Assembly (NCBI GenBank): GCA_963740085.1
Contig: CAVUCU010000001.1
Location: 1,216,001-1,280,000, forward strand
From: Nitrospirota bacterium
GTDB lineage: Bacteria > Nitrospirota > UBA9217
Length of the DNA stretch: 64,000 bases
Direction: 5' to 3'
Positions 9,825 through 20,320 of this stretch are shown piece by piece. A program made the translations under genes and the position numbers. Numbering within the stretch: the first letter of the stretch is position 1; each line of letters opens with the position of its first letter. The notes under the pieces are model-generated. The model did no database searches. It was not told where the DNA came from and worked only from the letters and a program-made list of their open reading frames with translations.

Positions 9825-10801
9825 TTGATAAATTTTTCCACGATGCCCCACAATGTTCCTGCCCCCACCGCGAGGGCAAAGAGCGCGGTATAGTAGCTCA
9901 CCGCAAGAACAGCAAAAAGCGTGCCCCTGGTTTCATACCATGCTCCGATCAGCCGCCTGTTGATGAAGATATTTAAGCCGACGATTATGGTCAGGGGGTA
10001 GAGGAAAAACGCATCACCCGTGGTGAGCCATAGCCCGAGAGTGGCAAGGCAGAAGAAACAGGAGAGTACGTTCACTTTCAGTTCTTTGGAAGCCGTGCCC
10101 GAGTCAGCCAGGAGGTCTTTGTTCTCAAGGGAGTATTGCGTCCAGTAGCGCGCTTTTCGAAAAGCGTTCCGGAGCGAGGTCATGAGCGTGAAATTGAAGC
10201 TGTGCCGGACCTGGATCGCGGGGTCCATGACCAACCGGTATCCGGCGCGGCGAAGACGGTGGCTGAACTCTACATCCTCAATGATCGGGAGAAAGTCCCC
10301 CGGAAAACCGCCGCTCTTTAGAAAAGTTCCGGCATCGATCGCCAATGCATGGGTCGCTACATAATCCGGAGCACCTGGCAGTTTGGTCTCGAAATAATTT
10401 ATGAATACCGACTGAAACATGCTGAAGAATCCGGGGTCCTGCGGCACACGGGTATAGGTGCCGCCGATCACGGAGTCCGCCCCGTGTTCGGCAATGGCCC
10501 TTCTTACGCGGGGGAGAGTGTCTTTTTGCAGCTGGCAATCGGCATCCGTGAAGAAGTAGACAGCACCGGAGCTGTTCTGCGCTCCGAGGTTTCTCGCGGC
10601 GGAAGCGCCGGCGTGACGCTCCATCCGGATCAATTGGACGGGGTACTTCTCAATGATCTCGACGGAACGGTCAGTAGAATCATCATCGACAACAACGACC
10701 TCGATGCGCTCGTCAGCACTCGAAAAGATCGAGTCCAGACACTGACCAATGGTCGCTGCCCCATTCCGGTTCGGGATGATGAGAGATATAAGGGGTATCA
10801 C
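9821..10801 (-). CDS. Glycosyltransferase family 2
   Basis: ISLIIPNRN, VVVDDDSTD, ARNLG, FTDADC, EDVE motifs; C-terminal TM helices. Confidence 0.92.
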   Translation of the reverse strand: MIPLISLIIPNRNGAATIGQCLDSIFSSADERIEVVVVDDDSTDRSVEIIEKYPVQLIRMERHAGASAARNLGAQNSSGAVYFFTDADCQLQKDTLPRVRRAIAEHGADSVIGGTYTRVPQDPGFFSMFQSVFINYFETKLPGAPDYVATHALAIDAGTFLKSGGFPGDFLPIIEDVEFSHRLRRAGYRLVMDPAIQVRHSFNFTLMTSLRNAFRKARYWTQYSLENKDLLADSGTASKELKVNVLSCFFCLATLGLWLTTGDAFFLYPLTIIVGLNIFINRRLIGAWYETRGTLFAVLAVSYYTALFALAVGAGTLWGIVEKFIK

Positions 10802-11186
10802 GTTCTTATTATAATCTGGTGCAGGAGAAAAGGAAACAGGAATGGCGGGAAAAACTGATGCCGCCTCCCCATTGTGCTGTTTAGGCCGCTATCAGAGACG
10901 CCATTGTCCCGATCCGGACAACTGGTCTGCTCAACCCGTCAATAAAACAATGGATTACGTGTGGTACAACCCGTTGTTATAATAGAAAACATTTTGACAA
11001 TAAAAACTTGACAAAACAAAAAGTATCTGTTAATGTTTCCCCAGATAGATGTCATGCCCCTTTCATTATAATGCTAAAGAGGATTCTTTCTGGCTTAAAG
11101 ATCAGATGTGCTTCTTGTTGCGGCACTGGTGTTCTATAAAAAATTCCCGGATTATTCTCCGGGCACATTAAAAAGGAGGCAGAGAG

Positions 11187-11816
11187 ATGATGGACAGCTT
11201 TATCAGGCGGTTTGGATTTGGTTTTTTGATCGGCATGACGCTGATCGTATCAGCGTGCGGTGGAAGTGGAGGGCTTGGCGACCTGGGCCTCGGTGACCTG
11301 GGCAGCAGCAATAACACTGACATGACGGCCGATCAAGCTACGTCGTTTGCAAGATCCGTAACCCGTATTTCAACGAGTTCCATGAGCAGCCCGTCATTGA
11401 GGGCACCGGCATTATCAGGTGAGGCTGCTCAATCAATGGCAGCCACCCAGATCAATCAACCGATTTCGTATACGTTAACCTGCACCTCAGGTGGCAACAT
11501 GAAAGCGTCGGGAAATATCACCGGCTCCATCTCTGATAACGGTACCGGCTACATTTCGTTGCAAATCCCGATAACAATATCAGACTGGAGCTGTCAGACG
11601 CCGTTGATAATCAATGGCGATCCTTATATTTCTATTACCGGAACGTTCACCTTTGTAAACGGATTTCCCGGGACGCAACAGCATATCAGCATAAGCGGCG
11701 GTTTTAGATCTGCCACCCAAAGCTGCCAGATCCTGTTGGGTACGGATTTCAACAGCGCCGGAGGCGGTCATACGAGCGGCACCTGCTGTGGTCATTCAGT
11801 TGACTTTACGTTTTAG
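11187..11816 (+). CDS. Hypothetical lipoprotein (Ser/Thr/Gly-rich, beta-rich)
   Basis: SD aaggagg; lipobox IVSAC followed by GGSGG. Confidence 0.75.
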   Translation: MMDSFIRRFGFGFLIGMTLIVSACGGSGGLGDLGLGDLGSSNNTDMTADQATSFARSVTRISTSSMSSPSLRAPALSGEAAQSMAATQINQPISYTLTCTSGGNMKASGNITGSISDNGTGYISLQIPITISDWSCQTPLIINGDPYISITGTFTFVNGFPGTQQHISISGGFRSATQSCQILLGTDFNSAGGGHTSGTCCGHSVDFTF

Positions 11817-11879
11817 GAAGATGTATACGGCTCCGCTCTATCACTCTATCAGTACCCGGTAAACATATGAACGCATCTC

Positions 11880-11915
11880 GCATACCAGAGTGCTTCAGCA
11901 CTCTGGTATGCTTTT
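11880..11915 (+). terminator. Rho-independent terminator
   Basis: gcataccagagtgc / gcactctggtatgc 14-bp perfect stem followed by tttt. Confidence 0.85.
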
Positions 11916-12140
11916 CGTCATGAACCAAAGCTTCGCTTCCTCCGGCACATAAGGTCCCAATTCTCCTTTCTGATTTTTAGATCGTTCATGGAATGGGCAA
12001 CGTGTTCATGGCAACTGTCACGCACTCCCAGCATGGGCACCCGCTCATCTGCTCATGGTCCGACCCAGTCTTCCTTAGCCCTCTTGCAAGCGTAGCATAA
12101 AGGTTTTTCAGATGGTACGGACAATTAATGATATAATGAG

Positions 12141-13205
12141 TTGATGCTGGCGCCAATCAAGGCTTATATCAACGACGGGCATTTTCGTATGGACAAAAAT
12201 CAATACATAGAAAACAGCATCAATGAATCACTCATCAAATTTACTCCAATTATCTGTCTCGGGGGCGCGGTAATCTTTATTTGCTTAAGCGCCCTCGATT
12301 ATGTCAGCAAACCTGAATACTTCCTGACCTTTCTCGGTTATCGGGTGATAATTTCCAGTGTGCTGCTCTTTATCTTCCTGATCTTACGTAAATATACATT
12401 TCGCAGTATTCTCATTTATAAGTTTTTACTTTTTATGGGTGCGGTAGGGTCTGCCTTTACGGTGGAACTCATGATCTTAAAGACTGGCGGCGACATTTCT
12501 TCTTATTATGTTGGCATTGGTTTAGTAGGCGTCTGGGTCATCAGCTTTACCCCGGTTCGGTTCACTCTTTCCTCGATATTAATGCTCGCGGTATACGGCA
12601 CCTATGTACTCCCCATCATCGCCACGGAAAAAATTGCCGACTTTCGAATATTTTTTACATCCAATATTTTTTTACTATCATTATTATCGAGTGCACTGGT
12701 TCTCAGGTATATTTACTTCTCCAGTCTGGTCAACGAACTGGGGCTCAAGTATGATCTTGAACAACACAAGATAAACCTTGAGAATCAGGTCAATGATAGA
12801 ACAGCCAGACTCTCCGACAGTATTGCGCGTTTACAAAAAGAGATCGGGGCGCGAGAACGGATTGAACTCGCCTTAAATAAAGCTTCCAGCGAATGGCGGG
12901 CAACCTTTGATTCAACAACAGATGTGATCATGACGCTAAACACCGACTACATTGTTCGCCGCTTGAACAAGGCAGGCACGCTTTTTTATAACCGACCATT
13001 CAAAGATTTGATAGGCACCCCGCTGTCGCAACTGTTCCCCCTTGATATTTTCCAAAAACGATGCAAAAAATCAGTCCACATTGAAACATTCTTCAGAACA
13101 TCAGAGAGGGGAATGTCTATCTGTCCGAAAGAAAGGTATGGTTGTCTTATACTCTTGACCCGATACTGGATGATGACGGGCAGCTTATCGGCAGGGTACT
13201 TATGA
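12141..13205 (+). CDS. N-terminal part (multi-TM sensor + coiled coil + PAS start) of a frameshifted hybrid histidine kinase
   Basis: About 5-6 TM helices, LENQVNDRTA coiled coil, EWRATFDS...D PAS start. Coherence is lost at ~13050-13100. Confidence 0.7.
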   Translation: MMLAPIKAYINDGHFRMDKNQYIENSINESLIKFTPIICLGGAVIFICLSALDYVSKPEYFLTFLGYRVIISSVLLFIFLILRKYTFRSILIYKFLLFMGAVGSAFTVELMILKTGGDISSYYVGIGLVGVWVISFTPVRFTLSSILMLAVYGTYVLPIIATEKIADFRIFFTSNIFLLSLLSSALVLRYIYFSSLVNELGLKYDLEQHKINLENQVNDRTARLSDSIARLQKEIGARERIELALNKASSEWRATFDSTTDVIMTLNTDYIVRRLNKAGTLFYNRPFKDLIGTPLSQLFPLDIFQKRCKKSVHIETFFRTSERGMSICPKERYGCLILLTRYWMMTGSLSAGYL

Positions 13206-14869
13206 TGCGGGACATTACGGAGCGGATAAAAGCGGAAGAGGAACAACGGAAACTCCAGACCGAACTACTGCAGATCCAGAAAATGGAATCCATCGGCAAC
13301 CTGGCCGGCGGGGTCGCCCATGACTTTAACAATATACTCTCGGCGATCATCGGGTTCAGTCAACTGGCCTTGATGAAACTTCCGGAGGACCACCCTGCGG
13401 CCGACTCCCTCAGGATCATCTATGAATCAGGCGAGCGGGCCGCGTCGCTCACCCGGCAGCTCCTCGCATTCAGCCGCAAACAAGTGCTTGAAATGAAGGT
13501 CGTCAACCTGAACACCATAATCGAAAACGTGGCAAAGATGCTCCGCCGGGTGATCGGCGCGAACATTGTCCTTGAGCTCGATCTCCAGAATCCGATCAAG
13601 AACATCCTGGCCGACTCGGGGCAGATGGAACAGGTCTTGATGAATCTTCTGGTCAATGCGCGGGACGCCATGCCTTCAGGCGGCCGTGTGACGGTAGAAA
13701 CAATGGAGGTCTGTGTGCGAGAAAAGCTCGATCAGACGGTCACGCCCGGCTCCTATGCGATGCTATCCGTTGTTGATACCGGCACGGGAATGAGCCAGGA
13801 AGTTCAAGAACGGATTTTCGAGCCTTTCTTCACGACAAAGGAAGTCGGCAAGGGCACCGGACTTGGCCTGTCCACCGTCTACGGAATTGTCAAGCAGCAC
13901 GACGGTCACATCACGGTGCGCAGCGAGAAGGGCCAGGGGACCAGGTTTAAAATCTACTTTCCCGTGGTCAACCGCGAGGCTGACGGGATCAATGTCCAAA
14001 AGCAGTCTAAACTGATGAGGGGCACTGAGACCGTACTGGTCGTGGACGATGAACCATCCATTCGTAAACTGCTTATTCAAACCATGCAGCCGCTCGGGTA
14101 CAAGCTCCTTGATGCATCCTCGGGAGAAGACGCCTTGAAGGTCAGCGATGAATACCCGGGCGCCATCGATCTTCTCATAACGGACGTTGTCATGCCGGGA
14201 ATGAACGGCATGCAGTTGGCAGAAACGCTCCAGCACCAGCGGCCCGGCATGAGGGTGATCTTCATGTCGGGATATACCGACGGTGCCCTTGTCCGGAATG
14301 ATATGCTTGACCGGAAACTGATACTGATCCAAAAACCTGTCACCCCCTCAGTCGTTGCGGCGAAAGTCCGGGAGGAGCTGGACAAAAAGAACGCTTTTGA
14401 AAAACCCTCGGCGATACTGCAGGATCTGGGCGGCATGCGCATTCTATATGCCGACGATGACGAGCCAAGCCGTCGCCTCGTCCGTATGTACCTTGAACAT
14501 TCCCGCAGCATCCTGGATATCTGCGAGAATGGCCGGATAGCGGTCGACAAGTTTCGATCCGGATCGTATGATATCGTGCTCATGGATATGCAGATGCCGG
14601 TCATGGATGGGTTCGCCGCCTCGCGCGCAATACGGTCGTGGGAAGCGGAGCGCGGATTAAAAGCCACACCGGTCATTGCGGTGACTGGCTTGGGTGCGAG
14701 CGATGAATTGCAGGCAAGTCTTAAAGCGGGATGCACAGCACATTTAGCGAAGCCGATCGGCAAGGAGGCATTGATCAGAACCATCAGCAGCTATTCTCCG
14801 CAACGACAGACTATCGCAGCCGATACCCGAAACGGCAAGGGCCCCGGGGAAAATAACGGCGACGGTTGA
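13142..14869 (+). CDS. C-terminal part of the hybrid sensor histidine kinase (PAC-HisKA-HATPase-REC-REC)
   Basis: RDITER, AGGVAHDFNN H-box, NARDAM, DTGTG, FFTTK..GTGLGL and two receiver domains (TDVVMP, MDMQMP). The frame is open back to 13085. Confidence 0.85.
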   Translation: MSYTLDPILDDDGQLIGRVLMMRDITERIKAEEEQRKLQTELLQIQKMESIGNLAGGVAHDFNNILSAIIGFSQLALMKLPEDHPAADSLRIIYESGERAASLTRQLLAFSRKQVLEMKVVNLNTIIENVAKMLRRVIGANIVLELDLQNPIKNILADSGQMEQVLMNLLVNARDAMPSGGRVTVETMEVCVREKLDQTVTPGSYAMLSVVDTGTGMSQEVQERIFEPFFTTKEVGKGTGLGLSTVYGIVKQHDGHITVRSEKGQGTRFKIYFPVVNREADGINVQKQSKLMRGTETVLVVDDEPSIRKLLIQTMQPLGYKLLDASSGEDALKVSDEYPGAIDLLITDVVMPGMNGMQLAETLQHQRPGMRVIFMSGYTDGALVRNDMLDRKLILIQKPVTPSVVAAKVREELDKKNAFEKPSAILQDLGGMRILYADDDEPSRRLVRMYLEHSRSILDICENGRIAVDKFRSGSYDIVLMDMQMPVMDGFAASRAIRSWEAERGLKATPVIAVTGLGASDELQASLKAGCTAHLAKPIGKEALIRTISSYSPQRQTIAADTRNGKGPGENNGDG

Positions 14870-14902
14870 GCATTTTTCAGAAAATTGTGATATTTTAAAA
14901 GC

Positions 14903-16273
14903 ATGACCCACGATCTCCACGATTTTTTCTACCCCAGGACCGTCGCGCTCATCGGCGCCACGGACAAACCCACCAAGCCCGGAACGGCCATTCTCGAGAA
15001 CCTCTCCCACTTCAACGGCGCGGTCTATCCCGTGAACCCGAAGCACGAGACACTGCTCGGTCACCGCTGTTACCCTTCCGTCAGGGCGATACCGGACCCG
15101 ATCGACCTGGCCATCATCGCCCTGCCCGCTCCGCTCGTGGAAAAGGAGGTCGACGCACTGCATGAAAAAGGCATCCGCCGGGTCATCCTCATCAGTTCAG
15201 GATTTGCCGAGGCAGGCGATGAGGGTATCGCAATGCAGAAGCGTATCGCTGATAAAACGAAACAGCATGGCATCCGGGTCATCGGGCCGAACTGCCTCGG
15301 CGTGTATAATACTGACAATGGACTCGACAGTTTTTTCGTTTCCCGGGAGCGCGTATCGAGGCCCTCGGCAGGACGTCTCTCGATCATCTCACAGAGCGGC
15401 GCCATCACCGTTATTCTGATGGAATCGTTCGCCCGCGACGGCATGGGCATTGCAAAAGCCGTGAATTACGGCAATCGGCTTGATGTGGATGATGCGGACT
15501 GCCTCGACTATTTTAGAGATGACCCAAAGACCGGTGCGGTCGCCATGTACATGGAATCGGTGGCCGATGGACGAAAGTTCCTGCGTGCGGCAAAGGCGTT
15601 CGCAGCGATCAAACCGCTCGTGATCTGGAAGGCGGGCAAGCATGAACTGGGGGCCGCTGCCGTTTCGTCGCACACGGCAACGCTTGCGGGAAAATACGGG
15701 CTGTATCAGGCCGCCTTCCGGCAGGCAGGCGCTGTGGAGGCCTATGGCTTCGATCACATGATCGACGCGGCAAAGGCCGTTACCCTCGTGGACTATCCCT
15801 GCCTTGGGGACCGCCTTCTGATCGTGACGAACGGCGGCGGTATGGCGGTCGCGGCTTCGGATCAGGCCCAGCAAGAAGGATTCACGATGCCCGTAGTGCC
15901 ACAGGACGTGCAGGAGCGGCTCGGCCGGACATTTCCTTCTTTTTTTGTTACACGCAACCCCATTGACCTCACCGGAAGCGGAAAAAATGAGAACTATTAC
16001 ACAGCGCTCAGGGAGGCTCTGCCGCACTACGACGCGGCTGTGGTGATCGTGCTGATGGGCTCCACCACGGTGACCGAAGAAGCGACAGGCATGATAGCCC
16101 GCGCCTGCCATGAAGCGAAGAAGCCGGTCACCTGCTGTATCCTGCAGGGCCTGGGCTACACACAGGAGGCCATGTTCTCACTGGTGAAGCTCGGCATTCC
16201 CGTATACCCGTCGCCTGAGCGCGCGGTGCGTGCGCTTGCGGCGCTCCGAAAGGCGACGCGCAGAAAAGGGTAA
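14903..16273 (+). CDS. Acetate/acyl-CoA ligase (ADP-forming) alpha subunit
   Basis: ALIGA, YPVNP, GPNCLG, SQSGA, SHT catalytic His, TNGGG, NPIDL motifs. Confidence 0.9.
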   Translation: MTHDLHDFFYPRTVALIGATDKPTKPGTAILENLSHFNGAVYPVNPKHETLLGHRCYPSVRAIPDPIDLAIIALPAPLVEKEVDALHEKGIRRVILISSGFAEAGDEGIAMQKRIADKTKQHGIRVIGPNCLGVYNTDNGLDSFFVSRERVSRPSAGRLSIISQSGAITVILMESFARDGMGIAKAVNYGNRLDVDDADCLDYFRDDPKTGAVAMYMESVADGRKFLRAAKAFAAIKPLVIWKAGKHELGAAAVSSHTATLAGKYGLYQAAFRQAGAVEAYGFDHMIDAAKAVTLVDYPCLGDRLLIVTNGGGMAVAASDQAQQEGFTMPVVPQDVQERLGRTFPSFFVTRNPIDLTGSGKNENYYTALREALPHYDAAVVIVLMGSTTVTEEATGMIARACHEAKKPVTCCILQGLGYTQEAMFSLVKLGIPVYPSPERAVRALAALRKATRRKG

Positions 16274-16287
16274 CGCGTTACGCAAAA

Positions 16288-16989
16288 ATGAAAACTCCGA
16301 ACGAGATCATACGATCTGCATTGCAGGAAGGCCGCAAGGCGCTCTTCGAACATGAGTCCAAGGAGCTTGTACGCTCAGTGGGCATTATCGTCCCGAGGCA
16401 TGTGCTCGTCGATCCCTCTGACCAGAAGGCAATCCTCGCCGCCGGCGAGAAGCTCGGCTTTCCCGTCGTGCTCAAGGCCGTTTCCCCCGATATCCTGCAT
16501 AAGACCGACGCGGGGGCCGTGATGCTGAACATCGCCACCAGCGCGGCGCTTTCTGCCTCGATAACGACGATGCAGAACATGATCGCGTCACGCGCGCCGG
16601 GAAGCGTGGTCCGGTATTTTCTGATCGAGAAGATGATGCCTGCCGGGCTTGAACTTTTGATCGGCGGTCTTCGAGACGATCAGTTCGGCCCCTCAATTGC
16701 CTTCGGGCTCGGCGGTGTCTGGGTCGAGGCGCTCAAGGACGCCGTCTTCGGCATCCTTCCGCTCACCCATGAGGAGACGTCCGATATGATAGCCAAAACG
16801 AGAGCAGGCATCTTCCTGAAGGGTTTCCGCGGCAACCCGGCGCTTGACGAAGAGGCCGTCCACTTGATCATCAACAATCTGTCCAAACTGCTGACCGCCC
16901 ATCCCGAGATCAGGGAGCTCGACCTCAACCCTGTCCGCGTATATGCCAGGGGCGCCGCGGCTCTCGACGTCCGGGTGATCCTGGGGTAA
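16288..16989 (+). CDS. Acetate/acyl-CoA ligase (ADP-forming) beta subunit, ATP-grasp
   Basis: GFPVVLKAVSPDILHKTDAG, FGP..FGLGG..VE, ELDLNP motifs. Confidence 0.9.
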   Translation: MKTPNEIIRSALQEGRKALFEHESKELVRSVGIIVPRHVLVDPSDQKAILAAGEKLGFPVVLKAVSPDILHKTDAGAVMLNIATSAALSASITTMQNMIASRAPGSVVRYFLIEKMMPAGLELLIGGLRDDQFGPSIAFGLGGVWVEALKDAVFGILPLTHEETSDMIAKTRAGIFLKGFRGNPALDEEAVHLIINNLSKLLTAHPEIRELDLNPVRVYARGAAALDVRVILG

Positions 16990-17019
16990 TAATTGTGTCT
17001 TCTTTGCCGTGCGAGCACC

Positions 17020-17211
17020 ATGGACGACAATAGCCAAATCGAGGAAATCGCGTATCTCCGCAACGAGGTCAAGCGGCTCCGCAAGGCCCTGAACAAACTT
17101 TCTCCGGGCATCAACATGCTTTTGAAGCTGCGCGGGTTCTCTGTCTACACGAAGGAAGAGGAAATCCGTCCTCCAGCCATGTTCTTTAACAATGCCCTTC
17201 GGTGCCGATAA
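17020..17211 (+). pseudogene. Short hypothetical ORF, possibly the truncated 5' end of a longer gene
   Basis: Directly downstream of the ligase beta gene; natural-looking coiled-coil N-terminus MDDNSQIEEIAYLRNEVKRLRKAL, then an atypical tail after ~17160. Confidence 0.4.
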
Positions 17212-17382
17212 TCGACCGTGATATGAATATCTTGCCTGCAACACCAACCACATGACACCGCGTATCCATTTTGATCCACCCTGCAATCGATTCTTTACAA
17301 TCCATAAAAAGCATGATACTTTTGAAAAAGAATATCGCCCTGCTTTCATTATTCTGGCACTTCAAATAAAGCCGGAGAATAC

Positions 17383-20088
17383 ATGAATCCTTATCAACGA
17401 AGTGTTGCAGAAACGCTTGCTGAGCTGAGATCCACACTCCAGGGTCTGACCTCGGAAGAGGCAAAGGAGCGCCTCACGGCTCACGGCCCCAATGAGCTTG
17501 TCGAAAAAAAGAAGAAGCCTCCCCTGATGATGTTCCTTGATCAGTTCAAGGACTTCATGATCCTTGTCCTGATCGCCGCGGCAGTGATCTCCGGGGTCAT
17601 CGGCGAGCCGGCTGACACGGCGGCCATCGTCGTAATCGTGCTCTTGAACGCCGTGCTTGGGTTCACGCAGGAGTACCGCGCTGAGAAGGCCATGGAGGCG
17701 CTCAAAAAGATGGCGGCCTCTCTTGCCGTCGTGATCCGCGACAGCGTGCATCAGACCATCGCGGCATCGGAACTGGTTCCCGGCGACATTGTGATCCTTG
17801 AGGCCGGCAGGATCGTGCCCGCGGACATGAGGGTCATCGAATCAGCCCGGCTCCGGATCGAAGAGGCCGCGTTGACGGGAGAATCTCTTTCCGTTGAAAA
17901 AGACCCGCAGGCGCTCAAGCAGGCGTCTCTTCCCCTCGGTGACCGGAAGAACATGCTCTACAAGGGCACGATCGTGACCTATGGCAGGGGCGTCGGTGTT
18001 GTGACCGCCACGGGCATGGAAACCGAGCTCGGCAAGATCGCGACCATGATCCAAGGCGAGGAAGAGGGCAAAACGCCGCTCCAGAAACGCCTCGCTGCGT
18101 TCGGTAAAAAACTCGCCTATGCCGTGCTCGCAATCTGCGCGATCATCTTTATCGCCGGGCTGTTGCGGGGAGAAGACGCCATCCGGATATTTCTTGTGGC
18201 CGTGAGCCTTGCCGTTGCAGCCATTCCCGAGGCGTTGCCGGCGGTGGTGACCATTTCCCTCGCCCTCGGCGCGCGCAAGATGGTGAAACAGAACGCCCTT
18301 ATCCGGAAGCTTCCCGCTGTTGAGACCCTGGGATCGGTCACCTACATCTGCACCGACAAGACCGGAACGCTCACCCTGAACAAGATGACCGTGGAAGAAT
18401 TATGGGTGGACGGCGGGATAGTGCGGAGTTCGGAGTTGGGAGTTCGGAGTGGAGGTATTAAAGCAGGTTCTGGTTCTGTGCTTGATCTTTTACTCCAAAC
18501 TCCGAACTCCCCTCTCCCAACTTTCTTCACCAGCCTTGCCCTCTCCACCGACGCCCACCAGGACGCGTCGGGAGAAGTGACGGGTGATCCCACCGAGGCG
18601 GCGCTGTTCTCCGTCGCGAACAAGAGAGGATTCGTCAAAGAGAAGCTGGAAGCCGAATATCCACGCGTTGCAGAGCTTCCGTTCGATTCCGGGCGGAAGC
18701 TTATGACAACATTCCATCGGCGGTCTCTCGTACCTCATCCCTCGTCCCTCGTCACCGGGGACTTCATTTCTTTCACCAAGGGCGCGGTGGAGGTGGTGCT
18801 TGAACGGTCAACGAGCGTCCTGACATCAGACGGGATGCAGGCTCTTGATGCCAAGAAAATGCAATCGATCAGCGACCGGATGGCCTTGGATGGGCTCCGG
18901 GTCATGGCTTTAGGCATGCGGAGCTGGAACACTATCCCCTCGGACCTGTCCTCTGAAAACACCGAGACCGGTCTGGTCCTCATCGGACTCATGGGCATGA
19001 TGGACCCTCCGCGGGAAGAAGCGAAGGAGTCCGTCTCGCTGTGCAGAAGCGCCGGTATCATCCCGGTCATGATCACCGGAGACCACCCCCTGACCGCGAG
19101 GACCATCGCGAAACGGGTGGGTATCCTTGAGAGCGACGACCCTGCGGCGATCATCAGCGGTGCTGATCTCGAAGCCCTGTCGCTCGAGGCGTTCGAAAAG
19201 CGAGTAGAGTCCATTCGCGTATACGCGCGGGTGGCGCCGGAACAGAAGTTGAAGATCGTCAAGGCGCTCCAGGATAAGGGGCACTTCGTGGCCATGACCG
19301 GCGACGGTGTGAACGACGCACCGGCGCTCAAGCGCGCCGACATCGGTGTTGCCATGGGTATTACGGGTACGGACGTCGCCAAACAGGCGTCGTCCATGAT
19401 CCTGCTCGACGACAACTTCGCCACCATCATAAAGACCGTGAAGGAAGGCCGCAGGATCTACGACAACATCCGCAAGTTCATCAAGTACCTGCTCACCACG
19501 AACTCCGGCGAGATATGGACCCTCTTCCTCGCGCCCTTTCTGGGACTCCCGATCCCGCTCCTGCCGATCCACATTCTCTGGATCAACCTCGTGACCGACG
19601 GACTTCCGGCGCTGGCCCTGTCCATGGAACCTGAGGAAGGAGATGTGATGAAACGGCCGCCGCGCAAGCCTCAGGAAAGCCTCTTTGCCGGCGGTCTCGG
19701 CATCCACGCTATATGGGTGGGCCTGCTCATGGGAGGCGTCACGCTCTCACTCCAGGCATGGGCAATCCATATCGGCGATGCCCACTGGCAAACCATGGTC
19801 TTTACTGTGCTCTGCCTTACGCAGCTGGGTCACGTGCTGGCCATCCGGTCCGAAAAAGAATCCCTTTTCACCCAGGGAATATTCACGAACAAAGCACTCT
19901 TGACCGCTGTACTCGGAACCGTCATCCTCCAGTTCGCAACAATTTATGTCCCTGTTTTAAATCCACTATTTAAAACCCAGCCTCTGACACCCGCCGAGCT
20001 TGCTGCAGCTCTAATGCTTTCGTCCATCGTTTTCATCGCCGTAGAGATCGAAAAAATGGTCAAAAGAAACAAGAGCTCTTCTCAATAA
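17383..20088 (+). CDS. Ca2+-transporting-type P-type ATPase (type IIA)
   Basis: TGES, AIPEALP, DKTGTLT, KGA, MDPPR, TGDGVND, LWINLVTDGLPALAL motifs. Confidence 0.95.
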   Translation: MNPYQRSVAETLAELRSTLQGLTSEEAKERLTAHGPNELVEKKKKPPLMMFLDQFKDFMILVLIAAAVISGVIGEPADTAAIVVIVLLNAVLGFTQEYRAEKAMEALKKMAASLAVVIRDSVHQTIAASELVPGDIVILEAGRIVPADMRVIESARLRIEEAALTGESLSVEKDPQALKQASLPLGDRKNMLYKGTIVTYGRGVGVVTATGMETELGKIATMIQGEEEGKTPLQKRLAAFGKKLAYAVLAICAIIFIAGLLRGEDAIRIFLVAVSLAVAAIPEALPAVVTISLALGARKMVKQNALIRKLPAVETLGSVTYICTDKTGTLTLNKMTVEELWVDGGIVRSSELGVRSGGIKAGSGSVLDLLLQTPNSPLPTFFTSLALSTDAHQDASGEVTGDPTEAALFSVANKRGFVKEKLEAEYPRVAELPFDSGRKLMTTFHRRSLVPHPSSLVTGDFISFTKGAVEVVLERSTSVLTSDGMQALDAKKMQSISDRMALDGLRVMALGMRSWNTIPSDLSSENTETGLVLIGLMGMMDPPREEAKESVSLCRSAGIIPVMITGDHPLTARTIAKRVGILESDDPAAIISGADLEALSLEAFEKRVESIRVYARVAPEQKLKIVKALQDKGHFVAMTGDGVNDAPALKRADIGVAMGITGTDVAKQASSMILLDDNFATIIKTVKEGRRIYDNIRKFIKYLLTTNSGEIWTLFLAPFLGLPIPLLPIHILWINLVTDGLPALALSMEPEEGDVMKRPPRKPQESLFAGGLGIHAIWVGLLMGGVTLSLQAWAIHIGDAHWQTMVFTVLCLTQLGHVLAIRSEKESLFTQGIFTNKALLTAVLGTVILQFATIYVPVLNPLFKTQPLTPAELAAALMLSSIVFIAVEIEKMVKRNKSSSQ
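18423..18522. repeat. In-frame heptamer inverted-repeat element inside the ATPase gene
   Basis: Left arm gcggagt-tcggagt-tgggagt-tcggagt; right arm actccaa-actccga-actcccc-tctccca, the reverse complement of the left-arm unit. Confidence 0.8.
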
Positions 20089-20320
20089 GTAAAGAGAGTT
20101 GCAGAGTCTCTAAAATTAAATCCATAGATGAATTTATTTTTCTAGTATTTACTAATTTACAAAAACTTATAGTATAATAAGCAAAGCAAATAAACATCCC
20201 TGCAAATTCTTTCTAGGAGGTGATGAGGTAACTGATCCGCCACGAACCTGAAGTGTATTTCGGCATGTCATGTAAGGAAACATGTTTGAAACCAATTTGG
20301 GAAAGGGGGACTTCTTACAA

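Noticed and set aside
10960-10982. Sigma54-like promoter tggtac...ttgt upstream of the 11187 lipoprotein
   Set aside because: GG-to-GC spacing is off by one and the -12 GC is absent.
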